From assembly GCF_009914755.1 (NCBI RefSeq), contig NC_060936.1: 64,000 bases of DNA; one strand, given 5' to 3'. Within the stretch, counting starts at the first letter, position 1, and every line of letters starts with the position of its first letter. Below, piece by piece: positions 15,242 through 30,109 of this stretch. The notes beneath the pieces were generated by a model that saw only the letters and a program-made list of their open reading frames with translations, had not been told where the DNA came from and did no database searches. Source of the DNA: the human T2T-CHM13v2.0 reference genome, Homo sapiens. The translations under genes were made by a program, and so were the position numbers.

Positions 15242-15634
15242 TCACTAATAAATCACAAGCAAAAGGTAAAAGAAAGGAGGCAAAAGGAATCCAGTTGACT
15301 CCAATGTTTCCAGCTGCAGAGACTTAATGAAAGGAAATGCAGTGGAAGCCTGATGGTACCCAAATGGGATTTCAGTTTTAGAAATAGTGATTTTAAAATG
15401 CCATATAACATACATGTGGACATGTCCAGTAGAATGCTAGCACTCCAGAATTTGATATGAGAGAGGTTAAAGTTGACAATATAGGTTTAGAAGTCACCAG
15501 ACTGTGTTACCTAAAGTCATAGGCGTGCCTGAGTAAATCACAGGAGTCACAGGAATGAGAGGAGGATGGAGGGATGGACCACAGAAACACTAAGTCAGTA
15601 GCACAGCAGGGGCAGCATATATAAGCTTTATAAA

Positions 15635-15661
15635 TACACACACACACACACACACACACAC
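15635..15661. repeat. (CA)n microsatellite
   Basis: About 13 CA units. Confidence 0.95.
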
Positions 15662-16315
15662 GTATATATATTCTATAATGCTGCACATATGATACTATAC
15701 AAATTTTATCCTGCAAAATTTTATAATAATATATTTTTCCCTTTTGAACTCATGTTCCATTTTGTTCTCACAAAGCCCTGGAGACTTGATAGCAGCAACA
15801 ATTACTACTTCCTTTTTTAAAATAAGCAAAAACAGCCATGGAACATTTCCATGTTCACCCCAAAACACCAGCAGATAGAGGTATAATGGGGATGACAATT
15901 TCTGGGCCAGTATTCTTTCCACTAAATTGTACTGCTCCTGAACATGGCATCCTTTATCCATGCCTAATTGCCAGTCACAAACAAATGCAAATAAGAGAGC
16001 AACCAACACAGAAAATAATTCAGAAACAAGTAATTATATAAGATAACATTTTTAGTTCTTTAAGTAAGTAGGTGAGTAGTGATTTTAAGAAAGGTCATTT
16101 TACTCATTTGCATTTCTGTTTCCAAATTTGTAAAATTGGCATTCCTGCCTTATATTTTCATCTCAAGGATTACATAATGTTCAGAGACTCTGAGTTCCAA
16201 TGATTATTATGATAAGACCTAATTCTGACATTGACCATTAAATCAAGTCAAAGAAACTACCACCCAATAATTAATTTTACTTTATTTCTATTATCATTAA
16301 AGTTTTCAGAATTAA

Positions 16316-16655
<340 letters not shown>

Positions 16656-19250
16656 AAAAATTTTAATTTAGATATGCATTAAGCAATCTTTCAACAAGGA
16701 ATCCTGCTAGGAATCCAATATAGAAAAATAAAGTGCAGTGGTTACAGGAACAAACTTTGAAGCCAGAAGCATGAGGTTCCAATTCCAACCATGCAGATTA
16801 TTAGCTGTTCATAGCATGTAGTAAAGACCATGGGTTTATTATGAGGATTATAATGTTATTATTATTACTCTTACAAGCAATGAGGCTGTGGAATCCATGA
16901 AAACCAACAATGGCCATAACACCCTTGTGATTTTCTGAGCTTACTTTCATTCTAAGTATCCCAAACTCAGCCACAAAATATCAGTTTCCAAGTTTGAAAA
17001 TTGATATACAAGTTTTGGCCATCAAATTCTTCTTAACATACAATCCTGCCTACCCTAGAAAACTACGAAAGATCATTCTTTTATGGACAAAAATCAATGT
17101 AAAGTGAGATTCTTTCTGAAGCAGGGACAAAGATCATTTGATTTGGTGCTCAGAGAAAGAGGCTGAGAAACAGGCCTTGAAATGCTACTAGTAAGCTCTA
17201 TAGAGAAACTTATCGACATGCCTATGCTGCATGGGAGCTTTTTAATTGGAGAACTGCTTGAGTTTAAATGTAAAATGTATTTCAATGTTTTCCACTTTTA
17301 TTGTGCATACAGCCTAAAAATCCCACTAAGAAAACAACCCACAGCAGTTTAAAGCAATTATTAATAAATAATGAAGTAGCTCAGAAGCAATTACATCAAA
17401 ATATTCATTTTTAGTCATGGGACTACCAGAATGGAGTGATGAGTTCATATGTGGCTACAGTAAAAATTTCTAGGGATTTAGACAATGTGCTAGGTATTCC
17501 CTATATACATACATAGTTAACAAAGAAAGGCAGGGGGAGGAGGAGACAGAGAGAGAGAGAGAGAAAGAATCTGACTTACTTATTTCTAAAATAGACTGTA
17601 CTTAATACAATTATGTATATGGTAGCAAACATGGGTGTTTACTGAAAAACAGAGTCAAGTTGGAATTCCTTTCTTCTTTTTTTGGTGGCCAAATTTCTCT
17701 TCTTAATGGGATATAATTGACAAATTAAAATTGTATATATTTAATGTGTACAATGTGATGTTTTGACATCTATATCTATGGTGAAATGATTACTACCATC
17801 AAGCTTTCTAACATATCCATCACCTCACATAGTTGGCATTTTTTTAATGTATGGTGAGAACATTTGAATTTCAAGTATACAATACAGTGTTAATAACTAT
17901 AGTCACCACACACTGTACATTAGATTTCCAGAACTTATCATCTGCATAAATGAAACTTTGTACTCTTTCACTAATATCTCCCATTTTCCCCATCTCCTAG
18001 CCCTCAGCAATCACCATTTTACTCTCTGCTTCTATGAATTCAATGTTTTTAAATTCCACGTACAATGAGATCATGCGGTATTCATCTGTCTGTGCCTGCC
18101 TTATTTCACTGAGCAGTTTGTCCTCCAGTTTATCCATGTTGCTGCAAAAGATATGATTTATTTCTTTTTGTAAGGCTGAATGATATTCCATTGTGTGTAT
18201 ATACCAATATTTCTTTATTCATTCATCCACTGGTGGACATTTAAATTATTTCCATAGCTTGGGTAGTGTCAATAATGCTGCTATGAACATGGGAGTACAA
18301 ATATTCTTCAAGATACTGATCTCATTTCCTTTAGATATATACCCAGAAGTGAAATTCCTGGATCACATAGTAGTTCTATTTTTTATTTGATGAGAAACTT
18401 TATACTATTTTTCATAATGGCTGTACCAATTTACGTTCAAACCAACAGTGCACAAGGGTTCCCTTTTCTCCTCGTCCTTGCCAATACTTGTTATCATAGG
18501 TCTTTTTGATAATAGTCATTTTAACAGGTGTGAGGTGATATCTCAATTTTTTAAATTTGCATTTCCCTGATGATTAGTGATGTTGAGCATTTTTTCACAT
18601 ACATTTTGACTATCTGTATGACTTCTTTTGAGAAATGTTATTTAGGTTCTTTGCCCATTTTTTAATCAGGTTATTTGTTTTCTTGCTATTGAGTTGCACG
18701 AATTTCTTATATATTTTGGATATATTAGACAATGTGCTAGGTGGACATTGGACAATGGACCCCTTGGCAGATGTACTGTTTACAAATGTTTCTTCCATTC
18801 TGTACATTGTTTCTCCACTCTATTGATTGTTTCCATTTTAGTGCAGAAACTTTTTAGTTTGGTGCAATCTCATTTGCCTCTTTGCCTTTGTTGCCTGTGT
18901 TTTTGGGGTCATATACCAAAAATGTATGGCCTAGACCAATGTCAAGAAGTTTTCCCCTGTTTTCTTCTAGTAGTCTTACAGTTAAGTCTTTAATCCATTT
19001 GGAGTTGATGTCTGTATATGGTGTGAGATAAGGGTCTAATTTCATTCTTATGCATGTGGATATCCAGTTTTCCCAACACTATTTATTGAAGAGACTGTCC
19101 TTTCCCCCTCGTATGCTGTTGGCACTTTTGTTGAAAATCAATCGACTAGAAATGTATAGATTTATTTCTGGGCTATAACTATTCTGTTTCATTGGTCTAC
19201 ATGTCTGTTTTTATGCCAGTACCATGCTGTTTTCTACAGTTTTGTAGTGT

Positions 19251-19584
19251 TATTTATTTATTTATTTATTTATTTTTATTTTATTTACTTTTTTTTTTTT
19301 TTTGAGACAGAGTCTCACTCTGTCGCCCAGGCAGGAGTGCAACCGCATGATCTCGGCTAATCGCAAGCTCCGCCTCCCGGGTTCACGCCATTCTCCTGCC
19401 TCAGCCTCCCAAGTAGCTGGGACTACAGGCACCCGCCACAACGCCTGGCTGATTTTTTATACTTTTAGTAGAGGCGGGGTTTCACCATGTTAGCCAGGAT
19501 GGTCTCAATCTCCTGACCTCGTGATCCACCCATCTCGGCCTCCCAAAATGCTGGGATTACAGGCGTGAGCCACCGTGCCCGGCC
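19251..19584 (-). mobile_element. AluY with (TTTA)n tail
   Basis: gcaagctccgcctcccgggttcacgccattc; TGTAGTGT on both flanks (19243, 19585). Confidence 0.95.
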
Positions 19585-19911
19585 TGTAGTGTAATATACT
19601 AAAGTCAGGTAGTGTGATGCCTCCGGCTTTGTTATTTTTTGCTCAAGACTGCTTTGGCTATTTGGGGTCTTTTGTAATTTGATACAAATTTTAGGATTGT
19701 TTCTTCTATTTCTGTGGGAATACGTCATTGAAATTTTAATAGGAATTGCATTGAATCTGTACATAACTATGGGTAGTATGGATATTTAATAACATTAATT
19801 CTTCCAATCCATGAACACAGGATATCTTTCCATTTATTTGTGTCTTCTTCAATTTCTTTCATCAGTGTTTCATAGTTTTCATTGTAGAGGTCTTTCACCT
19901 CCTTGATTTAA

Positions 19912-20289
<378 letters not shown>

Positions 20290-20338
20290 TAGTTCATTGT
20301 TAGTGTAAGTAAACCCTTTAAATATTTTCTGTGTGTTA

Positions 20339-20657
<319 letters not shown>

Positions 20658-21129
20658 TTAGTAGTAAAAGAGAAGGAATTTGTCCATCTTCCAATAACAA
20701 AAGAAATAGGTAAGCATCATTGTTTTCTTTTGAAATTAAAAAGTATCACTACAACTGCCATCATGAATTAAATGAGTTTCTGCCCACTGCAGTGTGTAGA
20801 AACCCCCATATAACCAGACTAATAAAAATACAATGTATAAATTCTATTATAAAAACTGTCTAATTTCAGACATAGAATGGTTGACTTAAAATATTTCAAA
20901 ACTCATGAGATTATCATTTTTTTTCAGTACTTAACTATCAAATGTTATTGTCTTCTAAATTCAGGTTAGAAATATATTGAGTTAAAACTATTATGATAGT
21001 TACTCTCCATTGCTCTTACTCTTCCTTCAATATGCTCATGCTTTTATAATGCAAACTTATAAGACAAAATGGTAACAATTTTAAAAGCCATTAAAATTTG
21101 ATTAACACTACTATATACAAAGTTTCCGA

Positions 21130-21420
21130 AGTCTTTAAAGGTGAACAATCTCATTTAAGCCTCATGACAATTTTGAATAAATAGGATTGTTAGCTCTATA
21201 ATAATAGAAATTGCTGATGAGAAAAATGGAAGCACAGAGAAGCCAAGACACTTGGGTCATCATCAAAAGTGGCTCAAAATCACAGCTCGTTTCTATGAAC
21301 TTACAAAAGCAATTACAGCAGTATATAGGGATGAACCCACCAAATTCAAGTGGCAGAGCCAGGATCCTAACCCAGGCCAATGTGCTTCCTATTTTACACA
21401 ACAGTGTCCTACCAACACTA
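21130..21420 (-). mobile_element. MIR
   Basis: tctcatttaagcctcatgac...gatgagaaaaatggaagcacagag...gtggcagagccaggat. Confidence 0.65.
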
Positions 21421-21712
21421 CAGTGATGCACACTCCAGGGGCGGATAAACCCTTATTTTAAATTAACCTTTATAAAAGTATATTCTGAAGATAAATAAAT
21501 AAATTGCACTTGATCTTAGAATCATTAGGTGTTTCAAATATAGAAAATTATTTATATCATACAATCTCCTGTCATCTAGATACTGCAACATAAACTATAG
21601 AGAGTAAACTGCACTAAATTGCAAAACAGAAGGCTTTTTTAAAAGACAATTTTAAAATAATTCTGCTTTAAAAATTACTGAGTGAAACGTATGAGTTCCC
21701 CACAAACCCACA

Positions 21713-22841
21713 ATTTTGTAACTTTTTCTAAAAAAATTATGTGGATCCAAGGTAGGTATATATATTTATGAGTTACATGAGATATTTTGATATAGGCATG
21801 CGATGATATTGAGGTAATCACATCAGGGTAAATGGGGTATCCATCACCTCAAGCACTTATCCTTTGTGTTATAAACAACCCCATTATACTCTTTTAGTTA
21901 TTTTTAAATGTACAATTAAATTATTTTTTACTATAGTCACTCTGTTGTGCTAGCAAATTCTAGGTCTTCTGGTCTTCTTCTAACTGTTTTTTTTTTTTTT
22001 TTTTGTACCCATTAAGCATCCCCAATTCCTTATCACTGGCCCCCACCCAACAATCCTTCCCAGCCTCTGGTAAGCATCCTTCTACTCTCTATCTCCATGA
22101 GTTCAATTATTTTAATTTTTAGCTCCCACAAATAAGTGAGAAGATGCAAAGTTTGTCTTTCTGTGCCTGACTTCTTTCACTTAACATAAACACCTCCAGT
22201 TCCACCCATGTTGCAAATAGCTGGATCTCATTCTTATGACTGAATGGTACTCATCGTGTGTAAGTACCATATTTTCATTATCTATCTGTTGGTGGACATT
22301 TTGGTTGCTTTCAAATCTTGGCTATTGTGACTAGTGCTGCAATAAATATGGGAGTGCAGCTATCTCTTTGATATACTGACTTCCTTTCTTTTGGGTATAT
22401 ACCTGGGAGTGGGATTGCTAGATGTTATAGTAGCTCTATTTTAGTTTTCTGAGGAACCTCCAAACCATTCTCCATAGTGGATGTACTAATTTGCATTCCC
22501 ACTAACAGTATATGCGGGTTCCCTTTTCTCTACATTCTTTCTAGCATTTGTTATTGCCTGTCTTTTGGATAAAAGCCATTTTGACTGGGGTGAGATGGTA
22601 TCTCATTGTAGTTTTGATTTGCAGTTCTCTGATGATCAATGATGTTGAGCACTTTTTCATATAGCTGTTTGCCATTTGTATGACTTCTTCTGAGAAATGT
22701 CTATTCAGATCTTTTGTCCATTTTTTTAAACCAAGTTATTAGATTGTTTTTCCTATAGAGTTGTTTGAGCTCCTTACGTATTCTGGTTATTATTCCCCTG
22801 TCAGATGGGTAGTTTGCAAATGTTTTCTCTCATTCTGCAAC
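21713..22841 (-). mobile_element. L1MA (MA2/3-like) 5'-truncated copy
   Basis: gtaaatggggtatccatcacctcaagca 3' UTR motif; TSD CAAACCCACA at 21703 and 22842. Confidence 0.9.
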
Positions 22842-23785
22842 CAAACCCACATTTAATGATGCCACTTCCTCTCCCTTAACACATTTATATGCCCTTTACA
22901 TTACTGGTTTAGGAGAGAACAAAAACATACTCTTAGAAAACCAACTTGGAAATTCCCCTTCTACCTTCTTACTCCAATTAAACCCCCAAACACCTTCAAA
23001 AATTTCTTTCGAATCTACAGCTAATTACAATTTGATTCAATGCATAATAAACATATACATTTCTTCATGTATCATTAACAAAATGTGTGTTGGCTTAATG
23101 TTGTGAATATTCAACCACATAAAAGTATACATACATTAATATAATCAGAAATCAGAAGTATAAGCATTAATCAACTAATCAAACAAAAAGAAATAGCAGG
23201 TTCTATTCCCAGAACCAACAACTGTAATGGTTGACCTTAAGCAAATCATTTGAAGTGCATGTTGGAATTTTCATTAATAAAAGTCAGGATATGGGGGTGG
23301 GGGCTACAAATAATATAATGTCTCTATGATTTGGAACTTAAAATTAAAGTATTAAGATTTATCTATAACAAATACAAGTTCTGAAGACTATTCTATTTCA
23401 TTTGTTTTCATTCCATGCTAGCAAGCAAAATTCTGATAATAATTTGGCTTCTAGAGTGTATTTTCCTCCAGAGACAGTAGTAATGATCAACCACAATAAG
23501 TATTCTGATTTAGTTCACTGCTATAATTCTCATTTTAGATTAAAATTAAAATTGGCACTTGAGTTTATAATCAGATTAATACTTTTGGCTAGTGTGAAGC
23601 AGTCCCTCAGAACCTCATCAGCCAAGTTACCAGCTGTTTTGATGCCAGCAAAACTGAGTAGGTAAACCAGTCCAAATAGCCTTTCTCTTTATCATCTCTT
23701 CCTCTAACTGCAGTACTGCTCAAGAATAAGATCACATATTCAAAAAAGATCAAATAAGGCAGAAACATTAAGCAAATAAGAAGAA

Positions 23786-23831
23786 TGATGATAAGTGATG
23801 TTGATGAAGATGAAGATGATGATGATGATGT
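23786..23831. repeat. Imperfect (GAT)n repeat
   Basis: gatgataagtgatgttgatgaagatgaagatgatgatgatgatg. Confidence 0.85.
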
Positions 23832-26063
23832 CATTCACAACTTTAATAGCCTGACTGCCTTCCACTGTTGATCCCGACTCAATACCTATAAATAGCAGTC
23901 TCAACAAAATCCTTTTAACACATGTAGCAAATTTAAGAATCAGTAATTTGCTAGACTTTTATTTAAACCAATCCAAAATGTTATATCAAATTGAACCCAA
24001 ACTGAATGCCTGCAATTTTTCAGCTAATATCATTAACCCATGTCTTAAATTCCCAAGAATCATTAAATTCATGAACATGAACCATCATAATTTATAGAAT
24101 ATGTATCTGCCTTGATGAAAGCTACTGAAACTTGAACAAATGAAATGTTTGAATTTCTTTAAAGAAAAGAAGAAACCTTGAGCTTTCACTGGTCTTATCT
24201 TTAAGAGTACATGAAAAGTTTCAACTGCACCTTCGTATACTGACACCAGTCATTACTGTATGAAGTAGTGCTTAAATTAACAAAGTATTCTCCTTAGCAT
24301 TAAAGTTTATATATTTAATAATTAGGTAATTTTTCTCATTTTAAAATTACCCCATAGATAGTACCTGGTTATTTCTTAAACACACATATACTTAGCGTTT
24401 GCAAAGTGTTCATCTATTAAGATAGTAACCATTAAGTGCAAAAGAGAAATGTTTATAAGTTAAAGTTTCTAAAATGAAAGCTGAATCACAAGGCTTTCTT
24501 TTATTTTCTTTGAGATCTGATCAAATATTCATATAGTCCCTAATAGGAAAAAAATGTTCTTTCAAAAAACTGGTTATTATTCTAACCACGTATGTGTTAC
24601 TGTTTTGACATGGCTCTAGTAAAATGATTAGCATAAAAAGAAGAAAACAAGATGAAGGTAAGATTTCTATTATATATCCTTAACATTTTATTCATACATA
24701 TTAATTAGAAGGATTAAAAAATAACGACATATAAAATATTTTTACATCTATAAAATCTGAAAGTTATGAATAGTGCAACCTCAGACTCCACAAGCAGATT
24801 CTAACAGAATTGTTGCTGAATAGCCAAAGAGATAGTACATGGTGTCCCATCAATTATGCAGAGCTGAAGTACTGAAATGCACAATTTCATCTTCTACCTA
24901 ATAGGCTAATTTGACCTGAAACATCAATTTGGGGAGTTTGTTCTGTTTTTATCCTTCTTTAATTATAATAATCAAATTATTTCAGAATAACAAGACACCA
25001 AAATATCAGTTATCATGATTAATCACCCTATCAAAATTAAGCTACATTTTTTTCTATGAGTATTTTCACTGCAAGAAAGAAAACAGCATTATAAAGTACC
25101 ACAGGGCATGGGGCACATTGTAATCAACTTTTCAAACCAGAGTTTCAGACACCAGCCTTCATGTCAGTCCCTGTCCTTGTTTCCACAGGCCCCAAATCTG
25201 CCATCTCCCGGTTTCTGAGCCTGTTATGATCATGATGCCAGAAAATCACAAGTCTTGCTGCTCAGAGATTTTACAAAAAAAGAGCTCTGGGAATGTGTGC
25301 AGCCTCTAAAATAAATCATTTCCCAGCCCCATCATGTTGGCCCAGTCTACAAAGTTGAGCTTCTGCTTCAGTTTCCCAGCCTGGAACTCTACACTCTGCC
25401 CTGCACACCCATCTGCTTGGTTGAGGCTTTGATATTCTGTCAGGATCTTGCCAAATCTCATTCTCTCCCTCTCTCTCTGTTGTCCCTCAGGAATTCATGA
25501 ATTTTGCTTTAAAAGTGTCAGAATTCTAGATCTATCACATGCTGCCTGCATGACTTTAATCTGTGGGGGGACTGGACTTGCCCCATTTACCACATTGGAC
25601 ACCACACCCAACTCCTGCTTATACTCACAACCCACCACCAGCCCCATCTTACCACCCTCTTGAAGTTTTTCCCCCCATTGTGAGTTTTCTTTAAATTAAA
25701 CTCACTATTTAAATACCAATATTACCCCTGTATAAAATACAGAAGATTCACTTACTGTCTAAACTAATCTCTGTACTTTACCTTACTGGGAGCTCTATAA
25801 TCTCTAGCGCTAATTTAACCATTCCCAGGAGCCACACATCTGACCCCACCATGCTTGTGTCTTTCCCATTTCACGAACAGATTACTCCCTAAGTGACCAT
25901 TCCTAGACTAAGTATTGCTTCCAGTTTTCTGCTCACTTTAATGAGTTCAACAAATATATACTGAGTATATAGTAAATATTCAGTATATATTACATAATGA
26001 TCATGTTGAGAATTCTGCAATGAAGATCAGGAATAATCCAGTACCATGAACTGTTTACCTCTC

Positions 26064-26530
26064 TGTGGCAGATTGCTAACTGTCCTCCAATAGCAATAAC
26101 TCTCTTCCTCTTCTAAGTCATAAAACTCTCTACTTTTATCAGGGCACACATGGTTTCCCAGATAGAAACTTCATTCCCCTATATCCTTTTCAGCTAAAGT
26201 GAACAGGTGATGTAAATCCTCGCCACTGGGATGTGAGCAGAAGTGACAGGCGTTATGATCCATATTTTATTATTAAAAAGGAACTGATTGTCCCCACTCT
26301 TCTTTTCTTTCAGACTGGAATGTCCTCCATGAGGAAAATGGCAGTGTGGAGTTAGAAGACAGACAAAAACTGTGTCCGTGAGTAATTTCAGGTGGCAGGA
26401 CTGTGCATCAGCCCGGAACCACCTGCCTGCCTCTAGATTGTTATATAAAAAAGAAATAATCTTCTTTCTTATTTGAGCACTGCATTTTGGGTCTCTTTGT
26501 TACAGGAACTTAGCCTATTCCCTAAGTAAT
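26064..26530 (+). mobile_element. LTR33-like ERVL solo LTR
   Basis: Starts tgtggcagattgct; internal gatgtgagcagaagtg; ends ttttgggtctctttgttacag...ccctaagtaat. Confidence 0.65.
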
Positions 26531-26599
26531 CCATCTCCCCAAGCTTCCTATGACTCGTTCAAATGTTCCCCGTGGGTCTCATTCTGTAAAATGAGGATA

Positions 26600-26790
26600 A
26601 GAATTTTTTTCTGTATAAAAACAGAGAGTAAAAATTTTAGTCTTTTCAGGCCACATACACCTCTATTCCATATTGCTTTTTTTCTTTTCTACAAGCATTT
26701 AAAAATGTAAAAACCAGTCTTAGCTCAAGGGGCCATATAAGAATGAGCCCCAAAATTGGCCTTTGGGGCCACAGTTTTAACCAACCCCTG
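26600..26790. mobile_element. MER58A-like hAT element
   Basis: tttaaaaatgtaaaaaccagtcttagctc...ggccacagttttaaccaacccctg. Confidence 0.7.
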
Positions 26791-29014
26791 GAATCAACAG
26801 ATATGGATATAATTTCCCAAAGATAAAAAGAAATTCTTTATGTCTTTAGTTGATTATGTCTAGAATGGAAGACCAAAACAATGTGATAAGAGGCTTAGTT
26901 AAAGCAAGTACTAGATGTCATGAAAGTGGAAAAGACAGGAAGTGAAAATGCCTATTAACTAGTTTTCATCACTGGTGTTGATATGCATATTTTGGTGTGC
27001 ATCCTTTCTTCTCTCATTGTGTGATATGCTTTCCAGGTGTAGGGATTAATTCTGTAATTCTCCTTTTTAGCACAGTGATCTGCATGCAGAAAACAATCAA
27101 TAAGTATAGCTGACCGTCTTGTTCATTCATGACTTTGCCACCTACTTCCACGCCTTTTCATAACAAAGAGCATATTGTCTGCCCAAGTAACTAAGTAAAA
27201 GTTACAGATTCGTTTTGTCCTCAACATTTCTTGGCATTGCCACCTATTTTAATATTATGATTTAAAGGTAGAGTAGATAACAACCACAATGAACAAAACT
27301 AGAACACATACAAAAACATTTAAAATAGTGCTTTATATTGTTACATATTAAGACCAAAAGACTCTCCTTTCCCTTTGGAAATTATGAACTGGCAGGTCTG
27401 CATGAGGACTGTAGCTCTATGAAAAGAACTTAGTCCTTTCTAGCATTCTAAGATTAACATCTCCCTAGAAAAAGGAATAACGGAGGACCTAAATTTCTGA
27501 CAGGTACAATGGTAATAGTGTGGTTTGAGTATTTTCTTAGCAATGTTATAAATTTCTAGATTATCAGAGAAAATAATTACTAACTGAATGCCCAGAAACA
27601 CCTTCCAGAGCTAAATGTAAGCTTCACACTTACTTTTTCCCAATTCCACCACCAGTTTTGGGGGTAGTTGTGAGTTGGCCTACACAGAACGTTCAGAACA
27701 CTTAACAAATAAATGTTTTGCTTTTTGTTTTCTTTTGTTGTATAACATTCCTTTTTTAAAATTCAAGCAAAACCTGGGTGTTCTACAAAGTGGTCTATAG
27801 AAAATTTCTTCACTATATTTTATGCTTTAAAACAGAGGAGAACTGGGCATCAAAATCATACAGGAATTATACTGCAATAAAAATTTGACATCTCATATCC
27901 CATCTTCTTGACAGTTCTCTCCCTTTCATGATAGTCCACAGCTCTGATAGCTTTACTACACATTTTCATTATTTTTCAGTGTACTACTTTGTGCTGCCTT
28001 ATAGTTTTCTCTGTTTCTTGCCTAATTGCTTTATATGCCAGTCTTACATCCTCAGAAAGACTGATTTTAATCTCCTTAAGGACAAAACTGTGTATTATAC
28101 CTCTCTTCTACCCCAATAACTACCAGCAATTATAGCCCAAGACAGAGAGAAGGGTTCAATAAAAATTTGTTGAATGAAATTCAATGAATTTTCTTTTCCA
28201 AGGCTTGGAAGACAAAACAATGTGCCTACCTTGCTGTGTAAGAATAAGTTACTCCCCTTCCCTCCTAATTCTCCACTGAAGCAAGGTTTACAACCTTGGA
28301 CTCGCGGTACAGCTCTAGGTAATACCTGATAATCTCACACACAGACACAATTTATGCTGTACAAAGGTTTATGGGAGGTCCTGGGAGGCACAGTCCATAC
28401 TAATTACCAGGTCGGTCCAACTATCTCATTAGTCCAGGCTAGGAAAGTTGTTAGGATTTAAAATCCTATTGAAACGAAAGTATCGGAGTGGAGTTTAAAA
28501 CAAGCTGCTTTCTTCCATCCCAGCATTTCCAATCTGAACGCTAGTCTAAGTTACGTATTTCTTCCCCTTTGGTTTATATTTCACTTCCATAAAATTTTCT
28601 TTCTGGCATTTGGATGATAATATGGGCATTTCCACCTCAATACCACACTTAGATAGATGTATTTCTGAATTACATACAGATATGTAAAAGATACAATAAT
28701 TTCCATTTCTAATTTAGGAAATTAGGCCCAAACATCAATAATATATTTCCTATTTAAACACTAACATCCAATGACTCATTCACATACTCCCTCATTTTCA
28801 TTCCTTCTCTCTCATATCTGTACAATCTCATTCACTAAACACATACTCTAATTTTGTTTTTCTCACAATTTCTTATTTGTAGCATTTATGTCACTCTTTT
28901 CTCTTGTTTCATAAAATATAAATATAGTAAAGATATAAATACAATTATAAAAATGTGTATATATACATTTCTAGTTATATTTGCATGTACACCTACACAG
29001 ACACACGCATTCTT

Positions 29015-30109
29015 TTTTTTTTTTTTTTTGTCTCTTTAAAAGGTTTATTGATCATGTACAAAATAAAGAAAACCTTATATATCACAAACATACGCTATGT
29101 ACAGCAACAAATACCCGGGGGGCCAGGCCCAGTGCTGCCCCTCCTGGACAACAATTTAGCAATAAATACTGCGCAGGGCAGGGGTGGGGCACTAAGGCCA
29201 CTGCCCTGCAAGAGGTCAGGCCCCTGCCTGCCCTACTCGAAGTGTGAGCGCTCGGGCCTCACCCCGCATCCAAACCCCAGCCCCTCCTCACTTAGACCTT
29301 TAATAACCTCCATCCCACCCCAGCAGATCCCGGGGTCTTCTCCCACACACACAACCTCCCCTGGCTAGACCCAGTCAGGGCAGGCAGGGACTGATCAACT
29401 CTGCTTGGACCCACCTCTCAGCGCCAGGAGAGCAACAGGGCTGGACACGCGGGCAGTCCTTGTCGTGTTGCCAGGAGAAGGCTTTCTGTGCCCACTCCCG
29501 TTTGGTTAAAGGCTTTAGGGACTAGCAGATTGAGGGGGTGGGAAGAAGGGCAGGGCTGGGACACAAGGTTGCTGGAGGGGCCAAAGCCCAATTGGGGTCA
29601 CCAAGAACAGGGAGGTCTCACAGTTTATCGGGGACACACTCTAGCTCAGACTCAAGGGACACCCATGGTATCAAAGCTGCTGCTCCAGGGGCAGGGTGGA
29701 AATGGGTGGGACTGGCCCGGCAGGTACCGTACACACCCAGGACACAGGCCAGAGGCAGGACAGTCATTAGTCTCTCAGACACGCCCTGCCTCTGTGTGGT
29801 ACTGATTATGTACTCCACTCGCCCGACGTGCTCCAAGGCCAGACAGCCAACAGGAAGGCAGAAATACACCAAAAAGAATTATTCAGTGGCTTCTGGGGGG
29901 AAAAATCATTAATGTGTTGGTTCCTTTCACCAAACCACAGCCTAAAAAAGTAACTCACAAGATCCCAGAGCAGAAACGGTGCAGCAGGCTGCGGCTCAGA
30001 CTTTCCAGATGTGGATGGGAGCTTTGGCCAAGTGTCCACTCCAGAGAGAGGCAGCAGGGACATGGGACCTGACCATCGTCCCAAAGCAGGCTGCAGCCGC
30101 TCAGGGCCA
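29015..30109 (-). pseudogene. 5'-truncated processed retrocopy of an unidentified mRNA (apparently 3'UTR only)
   Basis: GC/CpG-rich 1.1-kb island in AT-rich DNA. Poly(T) at 29013-29029, TTTATT at 29044-29049 (AATAAA on minus), perfect 14-bp TSD ACACACGCATTCTT at 29001-29014 and 30110-30123. No recognisable coding frame. Confidence 0.88.

Noticed and set aside
23607-23834. Poly-Ser plus hydrophobic ORF resembling a signal peptide or TM protein
   Set aside because: Arises from the (GAT)n repeat and an A-rich strand; no supporting exon signals.
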